DNA of 64,000 bases. Source: Chrysomallon squamiferum. Its lineage: Eukaryota; Animalia; Mollusca. Shown here piece by piece: positions 1 through 14,500 of the stretch. Both the position numbers and the translations under genes were made by a program. The DNA is taken from assembly GCA_012295275.1 (NCBI GenBank), contig CM022677.1, forward strand, positions 22,134,001 to 22,198,000. The letters are read 5' to 3'. Position 1 is the first letter of the stretch; the number at the start of each line of letters is the position of its first letter. Under the pieces are notes generated by a model that had not been told where the DNA came from, searched no databases, and worked only from the letters and a program-made list of their open reading frames with translations.

Positions 1-415
1 GTTTACAAGATAAATATATTGACTAATATACAAATTATATTTATGTTATAATTATATAAGTGTAATGTTCCTAAAGGAAAACAAAAATAATGTTTATTAT
101 AAATTACTATAATACTCACTAAAGGAGAAATTATTTTTATTTTAAAATAATATAATATTTACTGAACAACTAATTATGACATGCATTAAAAACAGCCACA
201 CACATAGGAACATAGGAATGGAAAATCAAACAAAATTTAAAAAAAAGAAATTTCTTTTATAATATTGAATACAGTGAATTTTCAGACTAGAATTTGCTTG
301 ATACTGAACTACCACGAGATATACAATGAACAGACAGACAGATAAATGGATGGATGAACTGACACAGACACACACACAAAGAGACAGACAGACAGTCTTT
401 TTTTTAAATGTTTAC

Positions 416-498
416 CTGCAGTTCTTGACAGAGATGAGAATTCTCGATTTTAATCCTTCAATTTGTGTGAGAAGTTCATTGTAAGATGACCTTGACAT
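416..498 (-). CDS. APC: First coding exon of adenomatous polyposis coli (APC) homolog; gene continues left of the window
   Basis: Exon 518-416 is bounded by ctctag| and |gtaaac. ATG at 498 reads MSRSSYNELLTQIEGLK; restoring one A in the A4 run (448-451) continues IENSHLCQELQ, matching the APC N-terminal coiled coil (human MAAASYDQLLKQVEALKMENSNLRQELE, recalled). An in-frame stop lies upstream of the ATG. Confidence 0.75.
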
Positions 499-570
499 TC
501 TGCGAATCACTCAACATCCTAGAGTGGAAACCAGACAGTATATTAACTGTGTGTATTGTGAATACATGTT

Positions 571-608
<38 letters not shown>

Positions 609-1630
609 CAGTAATAATAACAGTAAAAATAACAGTAATAGTAATAATAAAAATAATAATAGTAATAATAACAGTAATAATAGTATATCTGCAGAGACTA
701 TAAAAATAATGAAAGATCCAACATAACATAATATTTATTTTTCTTTCTTTCCCTCTTTCTTTCAGTCACTCTTATTCTCACTCTTTTTTATCTCTCCATC
801 TTAGTCTCTCTGGGTGTATGTCAGTGAGATAAAGCATGTGAAAAAGAAAGTGAAAAAAAAAAAAAAAAAAAAGAAAAAAAAAGCTATGCATAAATATTTA
901 TATTTGAACTTTCAGGTTTTCTTGTATTTATAAACACCTGAATTCTCAGATTTTTAAACATTCTGTTCTGTTCTAAACAATCTTAGACTGGGACAATTTC
1001 TCACAGAATCACCCTGGAATATTTAAAACCCACCCCACCCAAAGAATATCTCTCATTTACACACTCTTCACTGCATTTCTATCTTTCTAATAAACTTGGA
1101 GGAAATTTGTCTCTGTACCCCCCCCCACCAGTAAGTCTGTCTTTCTGTATCCTCAGGAATTCTGTCTTTCTACCCCCCATAACATATTTCTCTTTCTTCT
1201 CTGTAGAAAATACAGCTCCCTCTACTCTCCCCCCCCAATGAATCTCCTCCAACAACCCAATGGAATATTTCTCCCTTCACTCCCCACCCCCTTGAAATTT
1301 CTCCTTCCATCAAATATCTCATTCTACAAGCATATTTCTCCTTTACTCCCCCCATCAAATATGTCTCCACCTCCTCCCCCCAGGTAATGTTTTCCCCTCC
1401 ACTCCCAGTTTTCTGAGCAAGCTTCCTGTGAGTTAATGGCATGAAGAACTCAATTTATTTGTGAATAACAAAATAACTGGAATCTAACAAAAATGCGTCA
1501 CTGGTGATGAAATATTGACAGACTTTGCATCTTTTTATTCATTTCTCAAGAAAAATGATAAAGAAAAGCAACATGCATAAAAAAGAAGAAATAAAAAAAA
1601 TTACTACAAAAGTTAATTTCTGGGTGAGAT

Positions 1631-1686
<56 letters not shown>

Positions 1687-3438
1687 CTCTCATAAATTGG
1701 AAAGAAATTGAAGATGATAGTATCAAATCTCTATACAAATTACTCAATATTCTGACAGAAAAAAAAAAAGAAGAAAAAAAAGGAGTTGCAAAATACTTGT
1801 CATTAGTTTGATATAAAAATTGATTTACCATTAGATAATTCAATAGAAAAAAAGTGAAAAAAAAGAAAAAAAGTTAAATCAATAAAATCAATCATGAATC
1901 ATAGTATGGATTAAATTCAATTAATTATGAGAAAAATTAATTTTTTAGGTCCTGATTTATATAAAAAAAAAAAAAATAAAAAAATCCAGCAACCAGAATA
2001 AATGAGATATTGAGAAACTAGAAGATGACAAATTCAATAGGTGAGGTCAATCTCTTATTGACCTTTGATAGTAATTGTAATGTGAGAACAGAGATTGTGT
2101 TTCCATTCACTGATCAATATTCTGTCACTTTCGGATTAGATCAATAATTTCATGCAGTGCTATATCCAGATATCCGAAAAGTTGGTGCTGTTATTGTGAA
2201 GGTTTGGGATTTTCAGCACACACACACATATACACAATACATTCCTAAATAACACACAACCACACATACACACACACACACACATATACACAATACATTC
2301 CTAAATAACACACAACCACACATACACACACACACACACACACACAATACATTCCTAAATAACACACAACCACATCCACACTAATATATCTAGAAATAAT
2401 CAATTTAATAAATAAATAAAAATAATGAATTTAATAAATAAATAAAAAATGACATTACAATATTAATTATATGTATAAAATATTATTTACAATTTTGTTT
2501 ACTTCATAATTTAAAAAAAAATATTATAATTTGTTTTTTAGTTTTAATATATATATATATATATATCCTATACAAAAATATAGAAATTACACAAACACAA
2601 ACAATGAAATGATATTTAAATACATACACACAGTTATAACAAAAACTTCATCCAAGCGTATTTGATTAATAAAAATTTAATTACTTCAAAGAAGAGAGCG
2701 CTTATGTAAGATCAATGGCGTTGGAGTTATCTCCCCTGTGAGATCAAATGTCTCAAAAGCAGATCTGTCAATTCCACCCCCCCATCCCCCCCAGTAGCAA
2801 GAATCAGCTCAAATGTTCTCTTATCTCACTCAGCACATAATTAATGAGGTTTCTGAAACATCAAAGGAACTAACTAGGCCACAATGGTTATCACTGAGAG
2901 ATCAAAGAAATGTCTGGAAAGCCTAAAGGAGTTAATTGCTAAATAATGAAACAGGCCTTTACCTAGACACACACTGTACATTTTTTTAAAACTTTCTACA
3001 GTGGAAAGTTAATTGATAAAAAAAAACACAGACACAAAAACAAAATCACCTCTAAATTATTCCATTTACCAAGATATTATTTTTAATTTTTTTTTTTTTT
3101 TTAATGTACATTTATATAGTTTAGTTGGTTTATTTATTTATATGTAATATCTTTATTTTATTTTATTTCAATTACATATTATAATTTTATTTATACATAT
3201 TAGTTAACTGTTTTATTTATATTTGACTTACTTTATTTCTATTTCCATTTTATTTTAGTTATTTTATATTATTAATTTTCTAAGTTTAAAATTATTATTA
3301 TTATTATTATTATTTATTTAGCAATGATTAAACAGATGTTTCCAAAATGTAGTGCTGCAAACCTTTTATTAGACTTTAATTTAATGTGTATCCATTATTA
3401 ATAAATAAAATACAAATGTAAACAAAAATTGACAAAGA

Positions 3439-3476
<38 letters not shown>

Positions 3477-5680
3477 CCTCACTCAAACAATATGTAGCAC
3501 ACATACAGAAATATAAATTCATACATATACATGATAAAAATACACACTCAAATAACAAATAAACACATACAAGCAGTTTACACATATATACAAACACACA
3601 CACACATTCACACGTACAGTTTATATAAACTTTAAACACATACTAAGATGAACACACTACACACTTTGACAAATTCTTACCTTCAACTTTGAAGCTACAT
3701 CGTGTTTTGACAAACAGCAAACAGAAATGTAATATACAGTTCTATATCAATTCTTCATCACTTGATCAAGAATGAGCATCAATTTTTGTCCGCCAATAGA
3801 TCAATAAACATCAATTTTTTCCAACAACATGTCAGTCGGCATCAATTCATCAACTAATTAGAATCAATTCTTCATCAACAAATCCAGTGTTTAATTTTGT
3901 TTTTAATTAGTTCCTGTTAATTCCCAGTAATCCAGTTTCAGAATTTAAATTTGTATAAAACACTTTTTATTCTTAATACACAAACTGATCCAGAATACTT
4001 TTTTTTTGGTTGTTTTTTTGAATAAATAAAATATTTCTTATTGCACAAATAATTCTGATGTTTGAACACAGAGGTAACACATTTAATTCTGAACACACAA
4101 ACAAATTATATCAACATTTCAGGTTGTCTTTTTTAGGAACAGCTGTTGCAATTTATGTCAGTGTGTCTACACAGTCTTTTATTTATGGTCCTGAAAAATA
4201 GAAAAAAATATTATTATTTTTTTTTTTTATGTGTGTGCATGTGTGTGTGTGTGTGTGTGTGTTATCATTCATAACAAGATGTGCAGCTGTATAACAGGCT
4301 ATTGTACATTTTGAATTTAGATAAATGTTTAACATTTCATTATAATTAAAAAAACAAAAAAAAGTATAATAATAATAATAATAATAATAAAAGAAAAAAA
4401 ATGTATGATTATTATAATTATTCATTACGTGTGTTTTATTTAATTATTTTTAAAAATAAATAAGTAATTTAAAGAAATGACTTTATAAATATTATAAAAC
4501 TTTTAATGCCAATCACAAGTTTCACACTACATCTCACTTTTATATGAAAATAATTCCTTTCTCTGCATTATCAGAAATTAAGAAGACTGACTTTCATTTC
4601 TAAATAACAAAATCTATTTTGCAAAAAAGAATTTTTTTTATACATTTACAACAAAATAAATCTAATTACAAAAAACATCAGTTCCGTACAACCAGCAATT
4701 AAAAAAAAAAAAATGCTATAATAGCTTTGTTTTGGTACTGTCTAACAAAAGTTTGATAATCAGTTTATAAAAAGGTTTCTGTCATGGTGCTAGTTTGTCA
4801 GCAAATGACTGACAGAATGACGTCAGCTCTGGCATGCTTACTATAATGTAACAACAGTACTAATAATACCCTTTCTTTTACTATATGTGTGCACATTTTA
4901 TATACTGAGAGATAGATAGATAGATAAAAATGATAAATACGTACACACACACAACAATCAGATCCTAATCAAAGCACACAAGAGATGAATAATATCTATT
5001 TCAATTTTTTTTCAACACACTACCAGTATAACAAATATGGTTTATCAAAGACCATGGCATGTATTAATTCACAGAGCTACAGGTAATGGTTGCCTTCATC
5101 TATCTATCATCACAATACCGAACAAAAACATTGCTTAAACATTTACTATTTACACAATAATTTTCTCTTTTTGTGCCTGCACTTGATGCATTTTAGGGTG
5201 ATTAAAAAATAACACACAAAACTGTTTAAGTTTGTTAAATTACAAGTTTAGAGCATCATTATAATACAAAGCTAACTGAGCTCACAAACCAAGTAAAAAA
5301 ATAAAAAAAAATAAAAAGAAACTACAATCTGTTGTTCTTCTTTCTCTTTTACTTTTTCGATTCAATAATTATTGTTGACGAAATGTTAATACTTCACACG
5401 GTTTAAGAGATGATAACATATCACAGCTTTTAATGCATTTTAGAACGTCATTTATAAGACCACTCACCAGAAACCTGCAACTATCGAACTGAAGTTAGTT
5501 TGTTTTAAATCATCAATTACCCGGGGAAAAAATAACAATGCCAAACTCAGCAATTTAAAACATTTTCACTTACTGTTTCACTGATAACATACTCTAATCA
5601 GACGTATCGCCTATCGCTTTATCTCTGCAAAATCTAAACCGTCCTCAATTAATTTAGAAATTATATTTACTTTGTTATAC

Positions 5681-5730
5681 CTTCGCGAACTCGGCAATCA
5701 TTTCCGCCATTGTACATCCTACACAAGACA
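5681..5730 (-). promoter_or_regulatory. Candidate non-coding first exon / TSS region of APC
   Basis: Minus strand reads ...caATGGCGGAAATGATTGCCGAGTTCGCGAAG|gtataa: CpG-containing, with a YY1-like AATGGCGG core and a GT donor at 5680. Another donor (aag|gtaag) at 3680 may close a further UTR exon. Linkage to APC is inferred. Confidence 0.4.
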
Positions 5731-6244
5731 TTTATGTGATGATCCGCTTCTGTTTTGCAAACTAAAACAAACTGATGTTGTACCAGTCGATGCACTCATG
5801 TTTCTCGTTATCTCATTGGTGAAATTGAGAGCACCTGCTTTTCAAAACAAGAGCTAACAAAGAACTTTTTAAACACTTTTTAAAATAATAAACATGCTTA
5901 AATTATTAAATTGATTTTAATCTTTTTAGAACACGCTGATCTTTCGCACTAGTTAATCTGTATTAAATTAAATAGGTCACAGACTTAGTCAATAATCGTA
6001 TTGAGTAACAAGATAATGAACTCACGTACGCCCATTGTTTGACATTAATGCAATAATTGGATATAATTTATTTTGGATCTGTCATGAATCGAAATTTGAC
6101 AGACCACTGAATTGGTGAACAGAATTTTATTTTTGGTTTATATCACTGTCATTAACATTATTATTATCATTAATTAATCATTAATCATTAATAATTTTAT
6201 TTTATTTTGTTTTATTTGTTTGTTTGTTTGTTTGTTTGTTTGTT

Positions 6245-6275
<31 letters not shown>

Positions 6276-6349
6276 TTTTATTTTATTTTAAGAACAAATT
6301 TTATTGGACATCTTAAATTAAATTATAATGCACCATTGATTAGTATGAA

Positions 6350-6381
<32 letters not shown>

Positions 6382-6956
6382 CAAAAAAGAAGAAGAAGAA
6401 CAAAAAACAATAATAATTATTATTATTCAAAACACAATTATTCAGTAAAGCTAGAAATCTTAAGGTATAAAAAATATTCACTAGAAAATATCGTTTTAGT
6501 GAGGAACACTGCGCAATTGCGGTTAATTTTAAATATTTTATTAAATCAAATAATTCATCTGTGTCATTTTCAGTTATATTCTCAATTAAAACGTTTCTAA
6601 ATCTACAAATACCAAATATTTTCTGTACCTAAGGTTAACGGTTCCCCAGATAACTCATTTTCAAGTGTCTGTATTAGCTACGCTGAGGTGGGGCAGACAA
6701 CTCGTGTCCATGTAGAAGTTATCCTTCATTAGCCTGAGGTGGTGACGTCATCACTCATCAGAAGACTCAATGTCGCTGCATTTTAGGTACAGTTTATTCA
6801 TTCAAATTAATCATTTTTTATTAACATATTTTGTCTTTTTTGTTAAAAAATTGAAAAGTCTCTACGATTAAATGTATGTAATGAAATAAATAAATATTAT
6901 CATCGACGATGACTTCTGTGTTAACAACATCCACGTCACTATACTCATTAAAGCTC

Positions 6957-6988
<32 letters not shown>

Positions 6989-7282
6989 TATTTACTAATA
7001 CTTGTTATTCAGAGAAAGGTAGCACGTGCAGAAATTTACTGCATACAGAGATCACGCCTGCCGCCGCTTTCATGTCAAAGCTGTGTTCTGTACGTGCGTG
7101 CATGCGCGCGTGTGCGTATGTGTGCTGAAATTACGACATACTATCTACGGTTTCAAAAAAACAACAACCACAGAATCTGTTTAGATTCATTTATTTTATT
7201 TAATCAAGTTACACATTTAAAATGGAATAAAAAGTTAATTCTTACTGTAATCAAAAATTTCATATTTGAAAAACCATAAATA

Positions 7283-7361
<79 letters not shown>

Positions 7362-7613
7362 ACTGTCTGTCTCTACCTCCATCACTGACTCTTTCTCTGT
7401 CACTCTCTCTTTTCTCTCTCCTTGTTACAATCTCTCAATCTCGTTATATCACAGATCTTTTCCTAAATTTGTTCCTTCTCTTTCTTGCACACATATATAA
7501 CAATAAAACAAAACCTCACACACAGTAGTGTACATACCAGTGCTTAGATACAAACAGACATGCACAGATTGAGGAATATGTAAAATAATAAGGAACTGAA
7601 ATATTAAATATTT

Positions 7614-7821
7614 TCACATCATATTCTTGATGTTTTCTCCTGACAACCCACGAACGGCCTGTAACCATGACGACAACAGCTGGAAATTAGCATTCTCCGG
7701 AAGTCTCCGTTCCCTGGCAACCAGGTTTTCTTTCACACTGTTGTATTTTTCTAACGCTAATTTGTGAAGTTTTTCTCTTGACAAGTCTCCCTGCAATATT
7801 GTTTGAAAATAAAACAAAAAT

Positions 7822-7915
<94 letters not shown>

Positions 7916-8689
7916 ATTAGCTTTTTTTTTTTTTTTTTTTTTATACAGGACTCTTCAATAGATATTAACTTTTATTAATTTCACATCCATCAATAATCTG
8001 AGTTCTCCACAACATTTACAGTCATTTTTGAATAGAGATTTAAGAGTTATCTTTCTTAGAGATTTACAATTATCTCCCATTTTATTTGGACTTACCTCCC
8101 ATGGATCCTTTCTCACTCTCATAATGAAATCTTTCACCTCACCATCACATTTTACTACTGGTGGTTTCTCTTGTAGGAAATATTCTAAACTGTCTAGTTT
8201 GTGAAAGAATAAATAAATCTAAATAAATAAAATAAATAAATAAAGAAATCAATCAATATTTTTTTTTTTTTTTTTTTTTTTTTTTAAGTCAGTAAAGAAA
8301 GAAAAAAGAGAAATGAAGAGATTAAGGAAAAGAGATAGATAGACAGAGAATGAAATAGATGATAAGTTTACTAATAATCATAATAATTATATTTAATTTA
8401 AATAACATTATGGGAGGTAAAGTCTGTTCATTTATTTGACTCACTTGATAGAAGAGTTTCCTGTCTCTCGGAGTTCCCTCCCCATGTTTCTCACTGTTTA
8501 TCAATTTCAGATTATTTCTGATCAAACCAAGATATTGTTGTACAGCACATTCAGTGACAAACTCATTTTTCTCAGCTGCCAGAGTCTGCAAATCATAACA
8601 ATAACAATAACAATAATAACAATAACAATAACAATAATAATAATAACAATAACAATAACAATAATAATACTAATAACAATAACAATAAC

Positions 8690-8742
<53 letters not shown>

Positions 8743-9253
8743 TAGTGTAATGACAATAATAAATGGAATAAAGAAGAAACAGATGAAGCGATAGTTAGGT
8801 ATTTAACTAAAATTACTACATTTTTTTGTTTATTTCACATTTTGATTTAATTCACTTATAGTTAGATACATTCAGAGCTGTACTCACTTTCCAAGCTGGA
8901 CTTTCATATGCATGACCATCAACAAACAACAACTGAAATAAATAAAAGTCTAGTTACCATGGTTACTAGAATGTGAAAAATTATGAAGGCTTATTACATT
9001 GATTTAAAACAAAATATCTCTCTGTCTCACCCCCATTTCCAAAATAATAAATATTTAAATAAATAAATAATAAAAAAAATAAAATAAAATAAACAAATAA
9101 TGAAATAAAAAAAAATTAAAAAAAAAAAATAAAAAAAAAAAAAAAAAAATAAATTAATAAAACAATAAATAATATATATATTTAAAAAAAAAAAAATAAT
9201 AAAAATAAACAAACAAATAATGAAATAAATAAATATTAAAAAAAAAAATAAAT

Positions 9254-9284
<31 letters not shown>

Positions 9285-9946
9285 CAATAAATAATATATA
9301 TATTTAAAAAAAAATAAAATAAACAAATAAAAAATGAAATAAATAAATATTAAAAAAATAATAATAATAAAAAAAAAAAAAAATAAATTAATAAAAAAAT
9401 AAATAATATATATATTTAAAAATAAAATAAAAATAATAAACAAATAATGAAATAAATAAATATTAAAATAAATATTAAATTAAAACAAATACTACAAAAA
9501 CTGACCTCTAGAATAACTACACTTCCTTTCATGATCATTTCACAAAAAAGTCTCGCTTCATAGGCTCCATATTCAACTTTTTTGTGAGGGCCTCGATTTT
9601 CTACACTTTCAGACAACTTTCTGGATGTAGAGAAAACAACCTGCAAAATAGAAACTCAAAACTTTTCATTTCAGAGATTTTTTTGGAAGACACTATTACA
9701 AAATAAATAATATATAAAAACAACAAGAAAACAGATAATATTTATAAAAAAAAATAAATGAAGATGAAGAAAAAATAAAAATTGAAGAAAAATAATTGAG
9801 AAACAATAAAAATAACAAATATTTAAAATATATATATATATATATATATATATCAAAAGACCACTGTGTTTTATTAGTCTTATTACAATTATTGTTGTTG
9901 TTTGTTGTTGTTGTTATTGTTGTTGTTGTTATTGTTATTATTATTA

Positions 9947-10006
<60 letters not shown>

Positions 10007-11523
10007 GCACATGAACAAACAGTCACATACTTCTGGTTTATGACTGTAAATAATAATATAGTCTGTGTCACTATCAGGGGTAGACAACCCATACATCCAG
10101 CTGCCTGCACGAGCAACCAATAAAATCTGCCCTGGATCCATTTGTGACACAGGACCGCCAATATCAGACATCAGATTTACCAGAGTAGAATAGTCGTCTT
10201 GGCAACCTGAAATATTCACACACGTCAGTGAATAAATCAAAGTGTCTACCTATGTACCTATCTATCTATCTATCTATCTACTTACCTGTCTATCTATTTA
10301 TCTGTCTATCTATATATCTGTCTGTCTCTTCTGTCTATCTGTCTATCTGTTTATTCTGTCTTTCTTTCTGTCATTTTTCTTCTATCTGTGAGTTTCTGTC
10401 ACTTTCTGTCCATCTTTCTTTTTTTTAATCTATCTATCATTATTTACATTACTCTTAAAACAGGAATAAAATGTTTCACTTACAAGTCAGTGTTCCAAGT
10501 TTCTGACCACCCAGTCGAGTGACCATTGTCCAGTCTCCAACCAAAGAATCAAGCTGTTTAAAGTTTGAAAATTTAAAACTTCTCAGTTGATTGTTCAGTT
10601 CTGTCTGCCATGTTTGAAGCAGTGAAAAAATGTCTGACTTTGAAACGTCAGGATCCTGTTAAATAAATATTTAAAAAACAAAATTAAAATAATAAAATTA
10701 AAATAAAGTTCTTAAATCATTAGTTAAATAAATAACCATATTACGTATGTCTGTATGTGTGTGTGTAACAGACTGAGTTCAAATGTGCATATTTATGTAT
10801 TTGTGTGTGTATGTGTAACTATATGCACATATGTATATATGTCTGAATGTATATGTATGTGTGTGTGTAACAGACTGAGTTCAAATGTGCATATTTATGT
10901 ATTTGTGTGTGTATGTGTAACTGTATGCACATATTTATGTATGTCTGAATGTATATGTATGTATGAATGTATGAATGTGTTTGTGTCTGTTCATGTGTGA
11001 AGGTATGTAAGTTTATAACTCTATATGAATCTGGCCTTCTGTATGTCTGTCTATCTGTTGGTTTTTATGTTTGTACAAATATTTTTTATTATCAGCAACT
11101 GTAGCAGCAGTAATAATACTAATAGTAATAATAGTAGTAGTAGTAGTAGTAGCAACAGTTGTAGTTGTTGATAATAATACTTTTTGTAATTAGTAAAATA
11201 AAGTAGCAGAACTCATAATAGTGAAGGTAGTAGTAATAGTAGTGGTAATAACAAAGTAATAGTAATACTAGTAAAAGTAGTTGTAGTTGTAATAGTGAAG
11301 GTAGTAGTAATAATGCTGTAGTAGTAGTGGTAGTAGTAGTACACATGTTAGATATCACAGTTATGTCACATCACCTGATACAACAGTTTTAGTTTTTCAA
11401 AACCTTGTCTAGCTACATCAGTGAGCTGATTTTCTTCTACTTTGTTACTCAGCGCCTTCTGCGTCAGTACACTGTGAATGTGTTGTAGTAGTCTGTAAAT
11501 AAACAAACATATAAACAAATAAG

Positions 11524-11558
<35 letters not shown>

Positions 11559-14500
11559 GTAAATAAATAAATGAATAATAAAGATGTAAATAAGAAAGAA
11601 AATAAATAAGTAAATAAGTAAGTACGTAAGTAGGTAGGTAGGTAAGTAAATAAGTAAATAAATAAATGCATAAATGAATAATAAAGATGTAAATAAGTAA
11701 GAAAATAAATAGATAGATACAGATAGACAGATAGATAGGACATAGATGATAGATGGATAGATAAATAAATAAATAAATAAATAAGCAAATGGATAGATAG
11801 ATAGATAAATAAATAATATAAATAAATAAAATAAATAAATAAACAAATGAATGGTTAAAATAAATTCAGATAAAACAATAATTACAAACAGAAATATATT
11901 ATTATTGTAAATAATAACAATAATAAATATTTTCTACCTTTATAAAATCTGAAATATTATTCTTATTCATTTATCTGTCACAAATATAACCCAGCAGGCA
12001 TTTCAATTGATATTTATCAAGAAAAGAAAGAAATTAAAAAATGTGCTGAGCAAAAAAAATAAAAAAAAAATAAAATAAAGTAAAAAAAAAAATAAAAAAA
12101 AAATAAAATAAAATAAAATAAAATAAAATAAAATAAAAAAAAATAAAATGTGAAAAAATAAAATAAATAAACATTAACACAAATACAAAAAGAAGAATGA
12201 CAGCAATAATAAATAACAAAAGAAGAAATGATAAGAATTATGTTTAAAAAACCTGAATGATTCACAAAGCTGGTAGAAAGTTACGGACTCTCTCAGTTTG
12301 AGTTCATTAGTTTTCTTCTTTTTGGAAATTCCTCCAACTGCCTGACCCTTACAAGCTTCAATAAATCCCTTAAAACCTGAAATTTAAAACAGTATAAATA
12401 AACTCTCTCTCTCTATTTAATAAATTAAGTAGAGCACTATAATATGTACAAGATTTTATGAAACAACTTTATTTTACTTTTACTTTTTAATCTTTAATAA
12501 AAAGATTATTAAATTTTAAAAAGGCATTTTTACAATTATTATTATTATTATTATTACTATTATTTTTTTAAATAAAGATTTCAACCTATCAGTTCAGCTC
12601 TGAACTGCTTCAGCTGTTGCCATTGGTCAGTTTCAATGAGCAGTGCCCCCTGTTGACAGAATAACATTTCCACGTATCTAGTTCTTCCTGTCATCAGAGC
12701 ATGAACAAAGTTAGATAACTCTACTACATGGAGCCATCCCTGAGTAGAAGAAATTAATTATAATAATACAGATTTATGTCAGAGAAATAAACAGAAAAGA
12801 AACAAATAGAAAAATATATATTATTTTTATTATATATATATATATATATATACACACAAACACAATTATTTATACATACACACATTGATTAGGTTAAAGT
12901 AAACTTTCAAACTGACTTTCTTATGAACAACAGTGACATAACAATTATGGAGTTTTGGTTAGATTTGGTTATTATTCTAAGACTGCTTTATGTTACTACA
13001 TGTGTCGTGTATATATTCTTTATCAGGAGAAACAAAATTTACCTAACAACATTGTTGCTCAAATAACTAGAGAAGGAATCTGTTGTCACCATTACATAGG
13101 TCAACTCTCTTCAAACTAGCAGAAAGTAATTTTTATTTGGAACATCCCATAGACAGGATAGTTTATAGCTTTGTTTTTGTTACATCGGTTGTGGAGCATT
13201 GGCTAGAACGTGAAATCATTCAAAAAGTCCACCAAAAAGAACTGATCCACTGGACACTCTATCACTGTCATACATTCCAGTAATTTTCTCTGTGACAAAA
13301 ATTACAACATACTTGTTTATGACAAAAATAAATAGTATATTTTTAACAACATCATTGTTTAATTATTAGTTCCAGTCTAGAATGGGAAAAAAAAAGAATG
13401 ACTCACCAAGTCAGTGACACCAAACTGCTTCTGCATGTGTGGGTTGAGTGGAGAGACGAACTGGTTGTCGTAGCAGGTGTAAACGACGACGATGATGTTG
13501 TGACGAGCTTGTTCTCCCCTTTCTCGCTGAGTGGCACAGTACCACGGGCATGTCAGCAAAACACTGCACACAATGTTTTTACACCTACCTATAAACAGTA
13601 AGAAATTTACTAAAACACAGTGTTTTTACACCTACCTATAAACAGTATGAAATTTACTAAAACACAGTGTTTACACCTACCTATAAACAGTAAGAAATTT
13701 ACTAAAACACAGTGTTTACACCTACCTATAAACAGTAAGAAATTTACTAAAACACAGTGTTTACACCTACCTATAAACAGTATGAAATTTACTAAAACAC
13801 AGTGTTTACACCTACCTATAAACAGTATGAAATGTACTAAAACACAGTGTTTTTACACCTACCTATAAACAGTAAGAAATTTACTAAAACACAGTGTTTA
13901 CACCTACCTATAAACAGTAAGAAATTTACTAAAACACAGTTTTTTACACCTACCTATAAACAGTAAGAAATTTACTAAAACACAGTTTTTTTACACCTAC
14001 CTATAAACAGTAAGAAATTTACTAAAAAACAGTGTTTTTACACCTACCTATAAACAGTAAGAAATTTACTAAAACACAGTGTTTACACCTACCTATAAAC
14101 AGTATGAAATTTACTAAAAACAGTGTTTTTACACCTACCTATAAACAGTAAGAAATTTACTAAAACAGTGTTTTTACACCTACCTATAAACAGTATGAAA
14201 TTTACTAAAACACAGTTTTACACCTACCTATAAACAGTATGAAATTTACTAAAACACAGTGTTTTTACACCTACCTATAAACAGTAAGAAATTTACTAAA
14301 ACAGTGTTTTTACACCTACCTATAAACAGTATGAAATTTACTAAAACACAGTATTTTTACACCTACCTATAAACAGTATGAAATTTACTAAAACACAGTG
14401 TTTACACCTACCTATAAACAGTAGAACAAATTTAATGTGCTGAGAAATTTACTGAACATATTGTTTTATACCTTTCTGTGAATGTAATGAGAAATTTAGT

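Noticed and set aside
1010-1442. C-rich tract / 90-aa Gly-rich ORF in the APC intron
   Set aside because: Low-complexity degenerate repeats (tttctcc...cccc) with no protein signature.
6600-7130. CpG-richer patch with TGACGTCA and a possible donor between APC and the NTase 3' end
   Set aside because: No ORF or RNA-gene structure could be supported.
13620-13868. ORF with 15-aa repeats (LHLPINSKKFTKTQC)
   Set aside because: By-product of the 45-bp minisatellite, antisense to the NTase intron; the frame breaks in other units.
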